From positions 66-64,065 of the forward strand of contig CALEWY010000008.1 of the NCBI GenBank assembly GCA_937925335.1: a stretch of DNA of 64,000 nucleotides, given 5' to 3'. The position numbers and the translations under genes are program-made. A model generated the notes under the pieces. That model was not told the origin of the DNA, did not search any database, and was given only the letters and a program-made list of their open reading frames with translations. Numbering within the stretch: position 1 is the stretch's first letter; the number at the start of each line of letters is the position of its first letter. Below are positions 62,743 to 64,000 of this stretch, in pieces. The DNA is from an uncultured Acidimicrobiales bacterium. GTDB lineage: Bacteria > Actinomycetota > Acidimicrobiia > Acidimicrobiales > SZUA-35.

Positions 62743-63653
62743 GCGTTGTGTGCCTGTTTCGATTCGAGTTCTGCCACGACGGTCGAGAGCGAGGTTCGCC
62801 AGCTGGGCAGCTGACGGCCGATGAGCGAGTTGAGTCGGTCGGTTGCGAGCCGGCTGTTCGCTGGACGAACGGCTTTGGTTGGGTACTCGGCGGTCGTGAG
62901 CTGTTTGCACACACCGCTGAAACCGTTGGCTGACGTATCGAAGACCGCCATTGCGAAGGTGTGCCAGTCGGCATCGTCGGGTGATGCGACATGCACGACC
63001 CCGGCCGCGCTGCTCGCGGCCTCATGCGCCACGAGATCGACGGTGGCTGCGGCGATGTCTGCCGCCGATGTGGGGCAGCCGAACTGATCGGCGACAACGC
63101 CGAGTTCGTCTCGCTCGCTCGCCAAACGAAGCATCGTGGTCACGAAGTTGTTGCCGAGTGCTCCGTAAACCCACGCCGTGCGGAGAACGAGATGGCGGGC
63201 GGTGGACGCAGCAGCTGCTTCGCCGTGTGCCTTCGACCGTCCATAGGCCCCGATCGGGTTCAGTGGATCGCCCTCGACGTACCAGCCGTCTTTGGAGCCG
63301 TCGAAGACATAGTCGGTCGAGTAGTGAACGAGAAGCGCACCGGAGCGATCAGCGGCAGCAGCGAGATGATCCACTGCGTGCCCGTTGACCGCTGTTGCGC
63401 GCTCCTCGTCGTCTTCTGCCTTGTCGACCGCGGTGTATGCCGCCGCGTTGACGATCACCGCTGGTGCGATCGCATCGATCGTTGCCTCGACGGCGGCCGA
63501 ATCGGTGATGTCCAGTTCGCTCGATGTCAGTCCAACGACGGTGACATCGGACGGCCACTCGGCTCGCATCAACTCGCGGCCGACCTGGCCGTTCGCCCCA
63601 GTGATGACGACCGTGCGTGTGTTGGTTTGGCCGCCGGATTGGGAGTCGCTCAC
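62739..63653 (-). CDS. rfbD: dTDP-4-dehydrorhamnose reductase
   Basis: VVITGANGQVGREL, NAAAYTAVDKAE, STDYVFDG and YGRSK motifs. The GTG start overlaps the rfbB stop (GTGA). Confidence 0.9.
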   Translation of the reverse strand: MSDSQSGGQTNTRTVVITGANGQVGRELMRAEWPSDVTVVGLTSSELDITDSAAVEATIDAIAPAVIVNAAAYTAVDKAEDDEERATAVNGHAVDHLAAAADRSGALLVHYSTDYVFDGSKDGWYVEGDPLNPIGAYGRSKAHGEAAAASTARHLVLRTAWVYGALGNNFVTTMLRLASERDELGVVADQFGCPTSAADIAAATVDLVAHEAASSAAGVVHVASPDDADWHTFAMAVFDTSANGFSGVCKQLTTAEYPTKAVRPANSRLATDRLNSLIGRQLPSWRTSLSTVVAELESKQAHNA

Positions 63654-64000
63654 TCTGCTTTTCCGGGACTCTCGCTGGTTCCGAGGCGCTGACCGGCGTA
63701 GCTCTGCTCGTGGATCGGGCGCCACCATTGCTCGTTTGCGAGATACCACTCGATGGTGGATCGGAGGCCTTCTTCGAATGTGAGTGATGGCTCCCAGGCG
63801 AGCTCAGCTTTCGCCTTGCTGGCATTGACGGCGTAGCGAAGATCGTGGCCGGGTCGATCGGTGACGAACGAGATGAGCGATCGACGTGGCTCCCCAGATT
63901 CGAGTGGGGGAGCGAGTTCGTCGAGCAGGTCGCACACGCCGTGGACGACCTCGAGGTTGGTGCGTTCAGCATTACCGCCAACGGCGTAGGTCTCGCCCGG
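63650..64000 (-). CDS. rfbB: dTDP-glucose 4,6-dehydratase, C-terminal part (gene continues beyond window)
   Basis: FVTDRPGHDLRYAVNASKAKAELAWEP..TFEEGLRSTIEWYLANEQWW is the typical RmlB C-terminus. The frame is open to the window end. Confidence 0.9.
   Translation of the reverse strand, partial: PGETYAVGGNAERTNLEVVHGVCDLLDELAPPLESGEPRRSLISFVTDRPGHDLRYAVNASKAKAELAWEPSLTFEEGLRSTIEWYLANEQWWRPIHEQSYAGQRLGTSESPGKAE

Noticed and set aside
1-64000. tRNA, rRNA, tmRNA, RNase P, prophage or integrative element
   Set aside because: Scanning by eye found no T-loop/acceptor-type sequences, no rRNA-like stretches, and no integrase, transposase, capsid or terminase-like ORFs. A covariance-model scan would be needed to exclude small RNAs rigorously.

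Overview
High-GC, densely coding chromosomal segment of an actinobacterial-type genome. The family and synteny evidence is an ECF sigma/RskA-like anti-sigma pair, a DUF222-HNH gene, Ku plus a stand-alone LigD polymerase domain, aceE, and lpdA-E2-lipB-lipA. I can support about 60 protein-coding genes. By eye I found no rRNA, tRNA, CRISPR array, transposase or integrase. All start codons were chosen by eye from the ORF track, homology onset and overlap logic, so they are approximate. Region 1-47.5 kb is mostly housekeeping or metabolic. It holds an acyl-CoA dehydrogenase fragment, an MFS transporter, a cupredoxin operon divergent from an ECF sigma pair, an AurF-like diiron oxygenase, PDH E1, an RNase HI fusion and the lipoate/2-oxoacid dehydrogenase cluster. 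It also holds HxlR-azoR, a Co-type nitrile hydratase operon, M24 and M17 peptidases, NHEJ genes, trpF and a small DUF222-HNH/MazG islet. Two paralogous secreted propeller proteins flank a WbaP-type priming glycosyltransferase, followed by an OYE flavoenzyme, a sirtuin and a rhodanese-ThiF protein. Region 47.5-64 kb is a cell-envelope locus. It encodes three secreted proteins (Amidase_2, SpoIID, FG-GAP propeller) that share one C-terminal 4x DUF4214-type cassette. These sit around GT2, GT4 and double GT-B glycosyltransferases, an orphan MeaB-like GTPase and rmlB-rmlD-rmlA. The best candidates for something new are listed here. (1) The shared DUF4214 cassette may be a wall-polymer anchoring module tied to this glycopolymer locus. 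(2) lipB and lipA lie in one uninterrupted reading frame. (3) RNase HI is fused to an unassigned Rossmann-like domain. (4) A very acidic tandem-repeat protein ends in a degenerate J-domain. (5) There is a structured non-coding region at 2.4-2.66 kb. (6) A decayed tandem-repeat array lies between lpdA and E2. None of these can be confirmed without database searches or experiments.
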